Below the pieces are notes generated by a model. That model was not told where the DNA came from, ran no database searches, and was given only the letters and a program-made list of their open reading frames with translations. From Heterodontus francisci (lineage: Eukaryota): a stretch of DNA of 64,000 bases. This document shows positions 50,626 to 64,000 of the stretch, piece after piece. The number at the start of each line of letters is the position of its first letter. Positions within the stretch are counted from its first letter, which is position 1. Position numbers and translations under genes: made by a program. The stretch covers positions 12,586,001 to 12,650,000 of the forward strand of contig NC_090415.1 of the NCBI RefSeq assembly GCF_036365525.1, read 5' to 3'.

Positions 50626-53056
50626 ATTCTCTGTCTCCAGGATGCATCCTCTTGTGAGATTGACAGAGTGCCTTTTAATCTGATAGTGGGTTCTGCTTTT
50701 GAACTTTACCTAACTTTCAGCAGTATTGAGTTGGAATGGATTGGATACAATGTCTGTCTCTTCTGATTTGTTTGATTGCTGAATTGGAAATGTGTCTCTA
50801 AACTTGGAATCAGTGAGAGTTTCACAACATCTGCTCCTTGTGACAATGCCATGAACTGAAGGCCTATGGGAGTGATACTGTACCTTGTCAGTGATGGAAG
50901 GAGCCGACTGCACTTTCCCTTGTGCCTGGGAATCATCACATTCATTCTGCTCCCTTGAACTATTCACCGACAGTAAGGAAGAAAACTATGTATTGTAAGT
51001 CACGAGCAGTTGAGGTGGAAGCTGGAAAAGAGATTAATGTAACATTTCAATTAATAATCATTATGACTAATCACAAATGCTAACCAGAAATACAAAGAAT
51101 ATCACTGTCTGATTCCACTGCAGCTCTCAGCATCTGCTGACGAGGTGTCCTGGCAGTTCCATAACAATTTTGAGACATCCAGAAACAAGCCAACATCTAC
51201 ACTGCTCCAAGATTGGAACGACCTGATGGAGCAGGGATATTTGTGCAGGTCAGCTTTCTATTTCCATCTGGCATTATAATATAATAACCGAAGAACTAGG
51301 AGCAGGAGTCAGCCATTCAGCCTCTCCAGCCTGATCCACCATTCAATAAAATCATGTCGGATTTGACCTTGGCTTCATTTCCATTATCCTGCCTGGCCAA
51401 AAACCCATTACTCCCTTGTAGATCAAAAGTTTAACTCATCCTTGAATATATTTCATAATCCAGCCTCCACTACTCTCTGGTGCAGAGAATTCCATAGATT
51501 AATGATGCTTTGAGAGAAGAAATTCTTCCTTACCTCTGTCTAAAAAGGTAGACCCCTTATTCTGAAACTGTGCGACGTGGTTCTTGATTCCCTCAGGAGG
51601 GGAGATATCTTCTCAGCATCTACTCTGTCAAGACCCCTCAGAATCTTACACTTTTCAATAAGATTAGCTCTGATTATTACTAATTCCAATGAGTGTAACA
51701 CAAACTGCTCAACATTTTGCTCATAAGACAGCCTCTTCATCTCAGGAAGCAACTGAACGAATCTTGCCTGAACTGCATCCAATGCACGTATGCACGAAGG
51801 AGACCACAACTGTATCCACTATTCCAGGTAAGGTCTCACCAACACCCCGCAAATTTGTAGCAAAACTTTCCTCCATTTATATTCCATCCCCCTTGCAGGT
51901 AATGCCAAAAGTCCGGCTCTGTTTTCACTATTCACTTTTCAATAACAACAAACAGCGTGAAACCGGAACTAAACCAGGAACAAGCATTACAGGTTTGAGA
52001 AACTATTTTTTTGTTCATTACTTCTGCCATTTCCTTATTACCAAACTTGAACTTCCAATTTACATTCTCAACACTCACTTTACTTAAACTTTTCCTTTTC
52101 AAATGCCTGCAGAAACCCTTGCTATCCGTTATTACATTTCTAGCTAGCTTACTCCCATGCTCTAATTTCTTTGCCCCTGATTAACCTTTGGTCAGAATAT
52201 ATAGAATGACACAGAATGACTCAATCATCTGACCTGCCATTCATCTTTGCACAATTATATGCCTTTTCATTCAGGTTGATGCCTTCCTTAACTTCTTTAA
52301 TCAACCATGGATGGAGGGTCCTCCCCTTGGAATTATTCTTTACAGTAGGGATATACTTATTTAAAGTATTCTGAAATATCCACTTAAATGTCTGCCACTG
52401 CTTCTCAATTGATCCCAGTTCACTTCAGCTAGCTCAGCTTTCATGCCCACATAGTTGTCCTTATTTAAGCTTAAAATATTAGTCTTAGACCCACTCCTCT
52501 CACTTTCAAACTGGATGCAAACTTCAATCATATTGTGATCATTGCTACCAAGAGGTGCATTTACTCTGAGGTCATTAATTAATCCTGTCAAATTGCACAA
52601 TGCCAAGTCGAGCAAGTTCTAGAACATGCTGCTCGAAGAAACTATCTCGAAAGCACTCTTTGAACTCCTCATACAGGCTTCTATTACCAATCTCATTCTT
52701 TCCAGTTTATAATTATTTACTTTAGACATACAGCACTGAAACAGACCCTTCAGTCCACCGAGTCTGTACCAACCATCAACCACCCATTTATACTAATCCG
52801 ACATTCATCCCATATTCCTAACCCATCCCCACCTTTCCTCAATTCTCCTACCACCTACTATTACTCGGGGCAATTTATAATAGCCAATTTACCTATCAAC
52901 CTGCAAGCCTTTGGCTGCGGGAGGAAACTGGAGCACCCGGCGAAAACCCACAGAATCACAGGGAGAACTTGCAAACCCCGCACAGGCTGTACTCAGAATT
53001 GGACCTGGGTTGCTGGAACTGTGAGGCTGAGGTGCTAACCACTGCACCACTGTGTT

Positions 53057-53417
53057 GATTAGATTAGATTAGATTAGAGATACAGCACTGAAACAGGCCC
53101 TTCGGCCCACCGAGTCTGTGCCGACCATCAACCACCCATTTATACTAATCCTACACTAATCCCATATTCCTACCAAACATCCCCATCTGTCCCTATATTT
53201 CCCTACCACCTACCTATACTAGTGACAATTTATAATGGCCAATTTACCTACCAACCTGCAAGTCTTTTGGCTTGTGGGAGGAAACCGGAGCACCCGGAGA
53301 AAACCCACGCAGACACAGGGAGAACTTGCAAACTCCACACAGGCAGTGCCCAGAATCGAACCCGGGTCCCTGGAGCTGTGAGGCTGCAGTGCTAACCACT
53401 GCGCCACTGTGCCGCCC
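53057..53417 (-). mobile_element. Young full-length V-SINE specific to unit B
   Basis: Intact head GGGCGGCACAGTGGCGCAGTGG, B box GGTTCGATTC, (TCTAA)n tail. Absent at 10430-10440. Confidence 0.92.
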
Positions 53418-54189
53418 TAAAAACACCTGTGATTCTTTCCATCTCATTATCACAAGCACCCAATAGATATTCTTGTATCCTTCATCCTAAATTGTGATTA
53501 CTGTCTGGGGGCCTGTAGACTGTTCTGACTTGTGCCTCTTTCCCTGACTATTCCTCATCTCCACTCAAACCGATTCTACATCCTGATCTCCTGAACCAAG
53601 GTCATGTCTAACTATTGCACCAATACGATCCTTGATTAACACTGCCAAACATCCACCTTTACCTAGCTTCCTATTCTTCTTGAATGTTACATATCCCTCA
53701 ATATTGAGGACCCAATCCTTGTCATCCTGCAGCCATGTCTCCATAATGGCTATTAGATCATATTTATTTACTTCAACGTGTGCTATCAGTTCCTCTACTT
53801 TGTTATGAATTCTATGTGCATTCACATAAAGGGCCTTTGGTGTTATCTTTTTGTTATCTTTATCACATCTAGTGTTGACTGTTGGTCTGCTCTAAGGTTA
53901 TTTTTCTCTGCCCCTTCCAGCCATTCTCTGGCCTTCATTTCCCCTGTTACTATTGTGTTCTCCTGCCTTGACTCTACCCCTTGATTTGTTACATCTACAA
54001 AAGCTTGATGCCTCTACCACTTTGTTTAGATCAAGTACCTCTCTACATCCCTAGTTATATGGTTTTCTCGAACACTGGTCCCAGCTTGGTTCAGGTGTAG
54101 ACTGTCCAAACGGTACAGCCTCCACTTTCCCTAGTACTGGTACCAGTGCCCGACGAAGCGATCCTCACTTCTCCCACACCAGTCTTGGC

Positions 54190-56015
54190 GGGTGTAAGTT
54201 TCACTGTATATCTCTCAATCCCTGGTCTACAATTTACCTCTGTCGGTTTCAGTTTTGGAATGTGGCTTTATCTGTACCTGTCAGTTTGTTTTATGTGAGA
54301 AATGTCTTATTCTGTACCTTACAGCTTCTGGTGTATGCGTATCTGGCTTGTACTTTGTCCCCATCAGTATATGGTATGTGATTGTGGATTTGACACAATA
54401 TTACATTCTTGTGTATATGAGTGGGGGTTCACACTTTATCTTTGATTGTCTAGTATGCCAATTTAAGGTTTAACCTGTGCCCTTAAAGTCTCATGTGTAG
54501 CTGAGGCCTTGAACCTGTCCCTGTCTGGTATAAGAGTAAGAGTTTCAGTGTGGATTTTACATCACATCTCTCCACGCTCTCGGATGTGAATGTGATTTTT
54601 AATCTGTACATGCCAGTTTCTGACACTGGCTGTGAGGTTTACTTTGTATATTGTCATTCTCTGAAATGTGACTGCCAATTTTATTCTGAACCTGTCAGTT
54701 TTTTTTCTCTGTGTGTGAGTTTTAGCCTGTATCTGTCAGTATCTGATATATGAATGTTCTTAATTATGTGTGTGTTGTTCTGTATCTATCAGTGTCTGAA
54801 GTGCAATTGTTAGGTTTACTTTGTATCTGTCAGTGTCTGTTGTGGATGAGAGACTTTCACTCTCTGTCAATTTCTTGCAATTCACTATGGATTTCACACT
54901 GTGTCTGTCAGTCTCTGGTAGGTAAATGTGGCAGTTATACTGTATCTCCTAATTCCTGATATGTGAATGTAGATTTTAATGTGTACCTGTTGGTTTCTCC
55001 TTTGCAAGTCTTTTTACAATCTGTTTCTGCCAGTTTCTCATATGTGAGGGTGGCATTTATTGTGTACCTGTTACTTTGCGAAATGTGGGAGGATTTTAAT
55101 CTTTCTCTGTCAGTTGCTGGTATGTGAATGTGAGTTAATTCTCGATCTTTCAATCTTTGGAATTTGAGAACATGCTTTACCCTATATCTGTTTGCTTCTG
55201 TTAAGTGAATGAGGGATTAAATCTGTACCTGTCCATTGATAGTAAATGAATGTAGTTTTTAGTCTGTACCTGTCAGTTTATGGAAAATGAAAGTGGATTT
55301 ATTTCACTATCTGACAGATTCTGATATCTGACTGTTGTTTTATTCTTTACCTGTTATTTTCTGGGATATGATTGTGGTTTTTGATCTGTACCTATCAGTT
55401 TCTGTTACTTGAGTGAGTTTTACTTTGCACCAGTTGTCTTCTGGTATGTGAGTGTCAGTTTTAAGCTGCACCTGGATGATAGGTTAAACCTTAAGGTATG
55501 ATATTGTGGGTTTATTCTGTCTCTTTCAAACTCTATTCTGTGACATGGGGCCTATCTCTGAATCAGTCGATTTCTGCTCTGTAACTGTACGTTTTAATAT
55601 GCAGCTTACAGTTCCTGATAGGTTTATGAGCATATTTTCTTTGTCTGCAGTTATCAATGTCTATTACATGAGTATGTCTGTTATTCCTAGATTTCAATTT
55701 CTGTTATTGAAGAATTGATTTTCCTTTGTACTTCTCTGTCTCTGCAATGTGTCATGTCTGTTACTGGTAACTGTCTGTCTCTGTTAGGTGACTCTGGTTT
55801 TATTCTCTATCGGACAGTCTCTTGCCTGTGAGGGGTTTTATTTTCTTCTCTGTATCTGTCAGTTTCTCTTCTGTGGCTGAAGGTTTTAATCTTTACTTAA
55901 ACTCTTTAATAATTTGGAAATGTGAATTTCACTTTGTGCCTGTCTGTTTACATTATATGAATGTGTTTATTTTTATTTTGTCAACATCAGTTTCAGGCAT
56001 GTGAGGGTGAGATTC
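54190..56015 (+). repeat. Degenerate ~40-bp satellite tract (second module copy, deleted in unit A)
   Basis: Aligns with 6180-8010. Unit A jumps across it at ~10975. Confidence 0.8.
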
Positions 56016-57420
56016 ACTGTCTCCAGGATGCACCCTCTTGTGAGATTGACAGAGTGTCTTTTAATCTGATAGTGGGTTCTGCTTTTGAACTTTACCTAAC
56101 TTTCAGCAGTATTGATTTGGAATGGATTGGATACAATGTCTGTCTCTTCTGATTTGTTTAATTACTGGATTGGAAATGTGTCTCTAAACTTGGGATCGGT
56201 GAGAGTTTGACTACATCTGCTTCTTGTGAAAATGCCATGAACTGAAGGCCTATGGGAGTGGTACTGTACCTTGTCTGTGATGGAAGGAGCCGACTGCACT
56301 TGCCCTTGTGCCTGGGAATCATCACATTCATTCTGCTCCCTTGAACTATTCACCGACAGTAAGGAAGAAAACTATGTATTGTAAGTCACGAGCAGTTGAG
56401 TTGGAAGCTAGAAAAGAGATTAATGTAACATTTCAATTTATAATCATTATGACTAATCACAAATGCTAACCAAAAATACAAAGAATATCACTGTCTGATT
56501 CCACTGCAGTTCTTAGCATCTGTTGACGAGGTTTGTTGGCAGTTTCACAACAATTTTTGGACATCCAGAAACAAGCCAACATCTACACTGCTCCAAGGTT
56601 GGGATGACCTGATGGAGCAGGGATATTTGTGCAGGTCAGGTTTCTATTTCCATCTGGCATTATAATGTAATAACCTAAGAATTCGGAGCAGGAGTCAGCC
56701 ATTCAGCCTCTCCAGCCTGATCCACCATTCAATAAAATCATGTCTGATTTGATCTTGGCTTCAGCTCCATTATCCTGCCTGGCCAAAAACCCATTCCTCC
56801 CTTGTAGATCAAAAAATTAACTCATCCTTGAATATATTTAATCATCCAGCCTCCACTGCTCTCTGGAGTAGAAAATTCCATAGATTAATGACGCTTTGAG
56901 AGAAGAAAGTCTTCCTTACCTCCGTCTAAAGTGGGAGACCCCTTATTCTGAAACTGTGCGGCGTGGTTCTTGATTCCCTCAAGAGGGGAGATATCTTCTC
57001 AGCATCTACTCTGTCAAGAACACTCAGAATCTTACACTTTTCAATAAGATTCGCTCTGATTATTACAAACTCCAATGAGTGTAACACAACCTGCTCAACC
57101 TTTTCCTCTTAACGCAACCTCTTCATCACAGGAAGCAACGGAACGAACCTTGCCTGAACTGCATCCATTGCACGTATATATCCCTCATGAGCGAAGGAGA
57201 CCACAACTGTATCCAATACTCCAGGTGAGGTCTCACCAACAACTGACGTTTATATTCCATCCCCCTTGCAATAAATGCCAACAGTCCGGCTCTGTTTTCA
57301 CTATTCACTTATCAATAACAACAAACAGCGTGAAATAGGAGCTAAACCAGGAACAAGCATTACAGGTTTGAGGATAAAAACAGCCATGAATTTCAACAGC
57401 AGCTTCTTCACGTTTGTCTC

Positions 57421-57800
57421 ACTTACTCAGTGCAGACGCAGCCCAAGAAATGCCTCTGCCTTCCGCCGCTCACTCCATGTTACCGGATCACTTCCTGCCT
57501 CACTCTGTCTCTTGCAAACAACTCGCAACCCTCCTGAACTTGCCCCAAAGTCAATGACGATCTCTGAGCCAGATTGCGGACAAGTTTCCCCAAACAAAGT
57601 GCTGCTGGAAGGAGACTGCTGTTTGCTGACTTACCCCGATACTGTAATATCTCCATTCCCTCTGTTAAAAACAAACGCTTTCCCCTCTTTGAATAAATGC
57701 CGTTCAATCGCCTTGCAGGCACAGGGGAGCGCATGCGCTCAGTCGGTCAACAACTCTCAGAGGTGTGGGCGGGGCTTTACCGCGCATGCGCTTCTTTCGG
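57421..57800 (-). promoter_or_regulatory. Longer paralog of the NRF1/GC-box promoter-like segment
   Basis: GCGCATGCGC at 57729 and 57782, GC box, GTAAGT donor on the minus strand at 57426-57421. Confidence 0.55.
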
Positions 57801-58994
57801 CAACGCTTTGAAAAACAAAAATACAAACAATTGGAACTTTATTCAGTTCAGTTTTATCACATTGTGAGCAATGGAACAGGGGCTGCGGGTAAGATTAGAG
57901 AAGGTTCACATCTGGGAGATTACCCCTTTATAAAGTTCAATTTGAGATTATTCTCTGCAGTATGTTTGCCCAGTTTCTCAAAGCAATCCTTGGAGGGAGT
58001 CGGTGTGTTTGCTGGGATCGCGCAGGATTTAATATCTGACAGTAACAGTCCTAGATTCATGTAATCACATTGAAAATGTCTGTCACTGAGTGTCAGAGCG
58101 AACGGTTCGAGCTGCAACATTGCAGAGACCTCAACAGGGCAGAAAAAAAGTTACATTTGGGACATTGTGTGACTCACTTTCGGACACGTCCTCAGATTGT
58201 GAGATTAATAATGTGGCTGCTTGTGGCACCATATAAGTGAGAGATAAGTTTGTATCGTCGGTCTCCCCGGGTGGATCTTTCGAGATAAAACGAATCTGAC
58301 ATTTCAGCCTGCAACTCAATAATTACAGTTCAGTCAGTCTAACCTCAGTAGTGAGCAAAATATTGGAATCATTCTGAGAGACAGGATAAACTGTCACTTA
58401 GAAAGGCATCCATGAGGGTCTGTGGGCCATTCGGATTAATGTGTACAGTACTGGTCTCCTTATTTAAGGAATGGTGTAAATGCATTGGAGGCAGTACAGA
58501 GAAGGTTCACGAGGCTAATGCCTGGAATGGACGGGCTGTCTTACGAGGAAGGATTGGACAAGCTAGGCTTGTATCCACTGGAATTTAGAGTAAGATGTGA
58601 CTTGATTGAAACATATAAGATCCTGAGGGGTCTTGACAGGGTGGATGTGGAAAGGATGTTTCCCCTTGTGGGAGAATCTATAACTAGGGGTCACTGTTTA
58701 AAAATAAGGGGTCGCAAATTTAAGACAGAGATGAGGAGATTTTTATTTTCTTTCGGAGGGTCGTGAGCCTTTGGAATTCTCATCCTCAAAAGGCGATATA
58801 AGCGGAGTCGTTGAACATTTTTAAGGCAGTGTAAATAGTTTCTTGACGAACAAGGGAGTGGAGGATTACCGGGGGGTGGTGGAAATGTGAAGTAATCAGT
58901 AGAGACAAAAACTTATTGAATGGCATGGCAGAGCAGGCTCGAAGGACCGAGTGGCCTACTCCTGATCATAATTCGTATGTTCGTACATGAGGAT

Positions 58995-61050
58995 CGAGTT
59001 ACCAACAGCAGCAGAATTGTACTCAACTGCAATCTGTAATCTCATGGCCCGGCATATCCCCCAGTCTACCATTACCATCAAGGCAGGTGACCAAACGTGG
59101 TTCAATGAAGAGTACAGCAGGGCATGCCAGGAGCAGCACCCGGCATACCTCAAAATGAGGTGTCAACCTGGGGAAGCTACAACACAGGATTATTTGGGGG
59201 CCAAATTGTGTAAGCAGCATGCGATAGACAGAGTCAAGTGATCTCATAACCAACAGATCAGATCTAAGCTCTGCAATCCTGTCACATCCAGCCATGAATG
59301 GTGGTGCACAATTAAAAGACTAACTGAAGGAGGTGGCTCCACAAATATCCCCATCTTCAATGATGAGGGAGCCCAACACATCAGTGTGAAAGATAAGGTT
59401 GAAGCATTTGCAACAATCTTCGCTGGAGGTGCCGAGTTGATGATTCATCTCAGACTCCTCCTGAATGCATCAGCTATTTCCATTCACTCCATGTGACATC
59501 AAGTAACGACTAAAGGCACTGGAGACTGCAAAGACTCTGGGCTCCGACAATGTTCTGGCAATAGTTCTGAAGACCTGTTCTCCAGAACTTGATCTGCCCC
59601 TAGCCAAGTTGTTCCAGTACAGCTACAACATTGGCATGTACCTGACAATGTGGAATATTCCCCAAGTATGTCTTTGACACCAAAAGCAGGTCATGTCCAA
59701 GCTGGACAATCAGCCTACTCTCAATCATCATAAAAGTGATGGAAGATGTCATCAACAGTGCCATCAAACGGCATTTGCTTTGTAATAACCTGCTCAGTGA
59801 CGCTCAGTTGGGATTGCGCCAGTGCCACTCAGCTCCTGACCACATTACAGCCATAGTTCAAACATGGACAAAAGAGCTGAATTCAAGAAGTGAAGAGAAA
59901 GTGACTGCCCTTGACATCAAGGCAGCATTTGACCGACTATGGCATCAAGGAACCCTTGCAAAACTGGGGTCAATGGGAATCAGTGGGAAAACTCTCCGCT
60001 GGTTGGAGTCATACCGACTGCAAAGGAAGATGGTTGTGGTTGTTCGAGGTCAATCATCTCAGCTCCAGGACTTCACTGCAGGAGTTCCTCAGGGTAATGT
60101 CCTCGGCCCAACCATCTTCAGCTGCTTCATTAATGACCTTCCTTCAATCATAACGTCAGAAGTGGGGATGTTCACTGATGATTCTCCAATGTTCAGCATG
60201 ATTCGTGACACCTCAGCTACTGAAGCAATCCGTGTAGAAATGCAGCAAGACCGGGACATTATCCAGGCTTGTGCTGATAAGTGGCAAGTAACATTCGTGC
60301 CACACAAGTGCCAGGCAACTACCATCTCCAACAAGAGAGAATCTAACCATCTCCCCTTAACATTCAATGGCAATTAGCATCGCTGAATCCCCCACTATCA
60401 ATATCCCAGGAGCTACCATTGACCAGAAACTGAACTGGAGTAGCCATATAAATACCGTGGCTACAAGAGAGGATAGGAATCCTGCGACGAGCAAATAACC
60501 TGCTGACTCCCCAAAGCCTCTCCACCATTTACAAGGCAGAAGTCTGGAGTGTGATGGAATACTCTCCACTTGCCTGGATGTGTGCAGCTCCAACAACACT
60601 CAAGAAGCTCGACACCAGCCAGGACGAAGCAGCCCACTTGATTGCCACCCCATGCACAAACATTCACTCCCGCCACCACCGACACACATCAGAGCAGTGT
60701 GTAACATTTACAAGATGCACTGCAGCAACGAACCAAGGCTCTTTAGACAGCACTTTCCAAACCCGCGACCTCTACCAACTAGAATCTCAAGGGCAGCTGA
60801 TGCATGGGAACACCACCACCTGCAAGTTCCGCTCCAAGTCACACATCATTCTGACTTAGAATTATATTGCTGTTCATTCACTGTCGCTGTGTCAAAATCC
60901 TGGAACTCCCTTCCTAACAGCACTGTGGCTGTACCTACCTCACATGGAGTGCAGCAGTTCAAGAAGCCATTTCACCACAACCTCCTCAAGGGCAGTGAGG
61001 GATGGGCAATAAATGCTGGCCGAGCCAGCAACACCCACATCATATGAATG
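58995..61050 (+). mobile_element. CR1/L2-superclade LINE RT region (paralog of 14780-16875)
   Basis: ORF 59736-60377 has ALDIKAAFDRLWH, GVPQGNVLGP and MFTDD. Confidence 0.87.
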
Positions 61051-62287
61051 AATTTGAAAAAAAAGTGTGTGGTGGTGTTCTGGAACTCACTGCCTGAAAG
61101 GGGAGTTGAGGTATAAACCTTCAACTCATACAAAAGAGGTCTGGATATGCATCTCACTTGCCGTAATCTGCGGGTTTCGGACCAAATGCTGGCAGCTGGG
61201 ATTAGAATAGGTGGAATTCTTTTCGGCTGGCACTGACATGATGGGCCAAGTGGCTTCTTTCTGTGCCATAATATTTCGATGCTTCTATGATTCTAAGTGA
61301 ATACATATCTCTCTATCTCACCATCCTCCAAGCCTCTCCCCCAATCCAGATCTTTCTCTGTCTCTGCCTTTTTTTCGCTATTGATGCTGTCTCTCTCCCT
61401 CTGCCTTTGGTGCTGTATCTATGTTGGAGATACAGTTACTGAGTGTTATATGTATGCATTCTATTGTAGAACTGATAGTCTCTCTCTCTGAATATTCAGG
61501 TGAAGGTGAAATACTGTTATTCTGTGTGAAAGGGACACACAGTTGGAAATTGTAAGACTGAAACGGTCTGTCTCCCTCCCTCGCTCACCCCTCTCTCTCT
61601 TTCACTCTCCCTCTCTCTGTCGCTCTGTTGTTGTATATGAAAGAGGAATGAAGTTATTGAGCGTGTTATGGATACGCTGAAGAGACGTACGGTATTGGAA
61701 CAGTGAACACGCCACCGGTGCCGCAGGTGAGACGGTCACTGTCACTTCTCCGCTCGGATGTTCGAATCTGACGGTGTATTTATCCATCTTCAGTCCTGAA
61801 ACTAAGCACGGAGAGAACCAGCCTGTCACTGCCTGGAACAAAATAAAAACACTGTGTGTGAATGTGGGATTATTGTGCAACTGGACGTCTCTCCTTGAGA
61901 ATGGGATGTCTAGGACACCGAGAAAAAAATATGGATGGAATGTAGGGACAGACAGGGCATAATTTGTATTTTCACCGTCAGGAAACATGCTTGTGTGTGA
62001 TCAATATAATAACATCAAAGCCGATATTGGTTTGAATATATTCAAAGCTGTGATTGGCTCTTGACGCCAAATCTGGGAAACAGACAACATTCGCAGCGCC
62101 AGTCTCAGAGTGTTTAACACTTGCTGAGCCTAGAAAATGCAAATACCCACCGTGAATCCGCAGCACAGGCCGAGCGGAGGGGAAATCCTGTCCTGGAAAT
62201 GCTAAATTTAACGACCTGAGATTGTGTGGATGTGAATATTGTGGAAGAGAGTGTATTAAAGGGGCGGGCGCGTTAGTCTAATGCCAC

Positions 62288-62720
62288 TGTGTTTGTGGGT
62301 CTGGTCTCATCGCCGGATTTCCGAGTCCCTCTTGCGTAAAATAACAAGATTTTCCAGTCAAAGAAGCACTTTGCTCCCCTTCTAATCCTCAAAGTGGGAA
62401 TTCAGTGTTGTTTGTTTGTTGATTTCAAGATTTTAGTCGAAAAGTATGGAACATTTCAGCGATCGGCTGAGAGAGAGTCATCAGTGCAGCAATGAAACGG
62501 GTTTCAGTCGAAAATGGAGTCTTTACTTCAAGCGAAACCTTTGTGACAGCAAACATTCTGATGTCAGAGACAGGAAGGATCTAGCCTGGGACTCTGGAAT
62601 ACCCGAATTTCAGTGGAATTGGAGAGTTTAGGACCAGAGAGAAACACAGAGAGGCAGCAGGAGCCGGGAGCTGACAGCAGGTTGTCTCCGCCCCGTCCGC
62701 TCGCTGCCTTTAAGTTGCTC
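62288..62720 (+). promoter_or_regulatory. H1 promoter: TG box, H1/AC box, GC box, TATA-like element
   Basis: TGTGTTT 62288-62294, AAACACA 62642-62648, CTCCGCCCC, CTTTAAG. Confidence 0.8.
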
Positions 62721-62792
62721 AGTGCCGCCACCACCAGCTTCATTTCTCACCCAGTTCTGACTGACAGAGAGACTTTGTGCAGAGTCCTGGAC

Positions 62793-63476
62793 ATGACCGA
62801 TACTGCAGCCGCCGAAACGGCTCCTCCAGCCGCCGCCGCTCAAGTCAAGACTCCCAAGAAGAAGAAGGCGGCTCCTCGGAAGGGGTCAGGCGGTCCCAAG
62901 TTGGGCGAGCTGATCCTCAAGACTGTGGCGGAATGCAGTGTCCGCAGTGGGATGTCACTGCAGGCAATAAAGAAGGCTCTGCGTGTTAAAGGTGTCGATG
63001 TGGAGAAGAGCAAGTTCCCAATCAAGCAAAGTATCAAGCGGCTTGTGGCGAAAGACTTCCTGGTGCAGACGAAGGGCACGGGGGCCTCCGGCAGCTTCAA
63101 AATCGCGAAACAGGAAAAGAAGGGAAATGTGGTGAAGAAGATTAAGACAGGAGCAGCCAAGAGATCTTTAGTGAAGAAAACAGCTGTCAAGAAACTGATC
63201 ACAAAGAAAACAGCCAAGAAATCCCCAGGGAAGAAAATAGTCGCCAAGAAAGTGAGCAGCAAGAAGACAGCAGCCAAGAAAGTGAGCACCAAGAAGACGG
63301 CAACGCCAAAGAAGGCGGTAAAGAAAGCAACGCTTCCAAAAAAATCTCCAGCGAAGAATGCCAAAAAAGCCAAGAGGGCCACGGGCGGAAAGCCGCCCAA
63401 GAAAGTTCAATCATCAAGGGGCGGGAAGAAGCCGAAAGCAGCAAAGGCTCAGAAAGCAGCCCCTGGAAAGAAGTGA
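62793..63476 (+). CDS. H1: Histone H1, 227 aa, intact
   Basis: MTDTAAAETAPPAAAA N-terminus, globular domain ending LVQTKGTGASGSFKI, and a K/A/P-rich tail with S/T-P-x-K motifs. Confidence 0.95.
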   Translation: MTDTAAAETAPPAAAAQVKTPKKKKAAPRKGSGGPKLGELILKTVAECSVRSGMSLQAIKKALRVKGVDVEKSKFPIKQSIKRLVAKDFLVQTKGTGASGSFKIAKQEKKGNVVKKIKTGAAKRSLVKKTAVKKLITKKTAKKSPGKKIVAKKVSSKKTAAKKVSTKKTATPKKAVKKATLPKKSPAKNAKKAKRATGGKPPKKVQSSRGGKKPKAAKAQKAAPGKK

Positions 63477-63512
63477 AACAGCACGGGAAACTTGTAGACA
63501 TCTGAACCCAAA

Positions 63513-63528
63513 GGCTCTTTTCAGAGCC
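63513..63528 (+). terminator. Histone 3' stem-loop (H1 copy 2)
   Basis: GGCTCTTTTCAGAGCC ACCCA, then GGAAAGAGCTG. Confidence 0.97.
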
Positions 63529-64000
63529 ACCCACGTCTCTCAGGAAAGAGCTGATCCCCCGATCAAATGATCCCTGTCCCGCAGTCGTTTGCACATTTCA
63601 CCGAGAAATGATTTGAATTAAATCCAGGTTCCCTGGTGACTCTCAACCCAGCCCTTCCTCATTCTCTGCAACAAATCAGGGATGTCCGGGCCTCACTGTA
63701 CCCGGGTATATGTTCGGTGAAGTCTCAGTTCATGCTCGTTTCAGGGTGACAGCCTGTAACACAGTAACACGGGCGAGATACCCCGCGTCACATCTCAAAC
63801 TCCAATACATGATTTTGTATAATTCAGCTGGGGTTAGGTTTCAGTAAACTGTTCAATCCGTCTGGGAGGAGAGGTGTGCGGAAACAGGTTGACTAGTGAT
63901 CGGAAGCACTGCACTTAGGCTTGTATATTACTAACTTTTAATTGTTACAGATCCGTATTTAGACCGCCGGTTTTTGTTATCATTGGCGATAAAGGCCGAA

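Larger units (their letters stand above)
40864..64000 (+). repeat. Unit B of the ~43.9 kb tandem duplication (runs off the window in the H1-H4 spacer)
   Basis: Colinear with 478-20113, apart from unit-specific indels. Confidence 0.95.

Overview
Vertebrate genomic DNA, most likely from a cartilaginous fish (inferred from HE1/V-SINE-type SINEs and shark-type CR1 and Penelope repeats). The window holds a replication-dependent histone gene cluster inside a large tandem duplication with a period of about 43.9 kb (H1 ATG at 18906 and 62793). Unit A carries a quintet H1(+, nonsense-disrupted)-H4(+)-H3(+)-H2A(-)-H2B(-) at 18.9-23.9 kb. An older, diverged partial duplicate follows at 32.5-35.2 kb: a decayed H2B fragment, an orphan H3 3' UTR, and intact H2A and H2B. 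Unit B contributes an intact H1 at the window end. Every histone gene has a 3' stem-loop. The spacer is a mosaic of CR1/L2-type LINEs, two young RTE LINEs, V-SINEs, a Penelope (GIY-YIG) fragment, and several Penelope terminal repeats carrying minimal hammerhead-ribozyme motifs. It also contains roughly 10 kb of a strand-biased degenerate ~40-bp satellite, a tRNA-Gly(TCC) pseudogene, and a co-amplified NRF1-type promoter with exon-like segments. All identity values are by-eye estimates; no alignments or searches were run.
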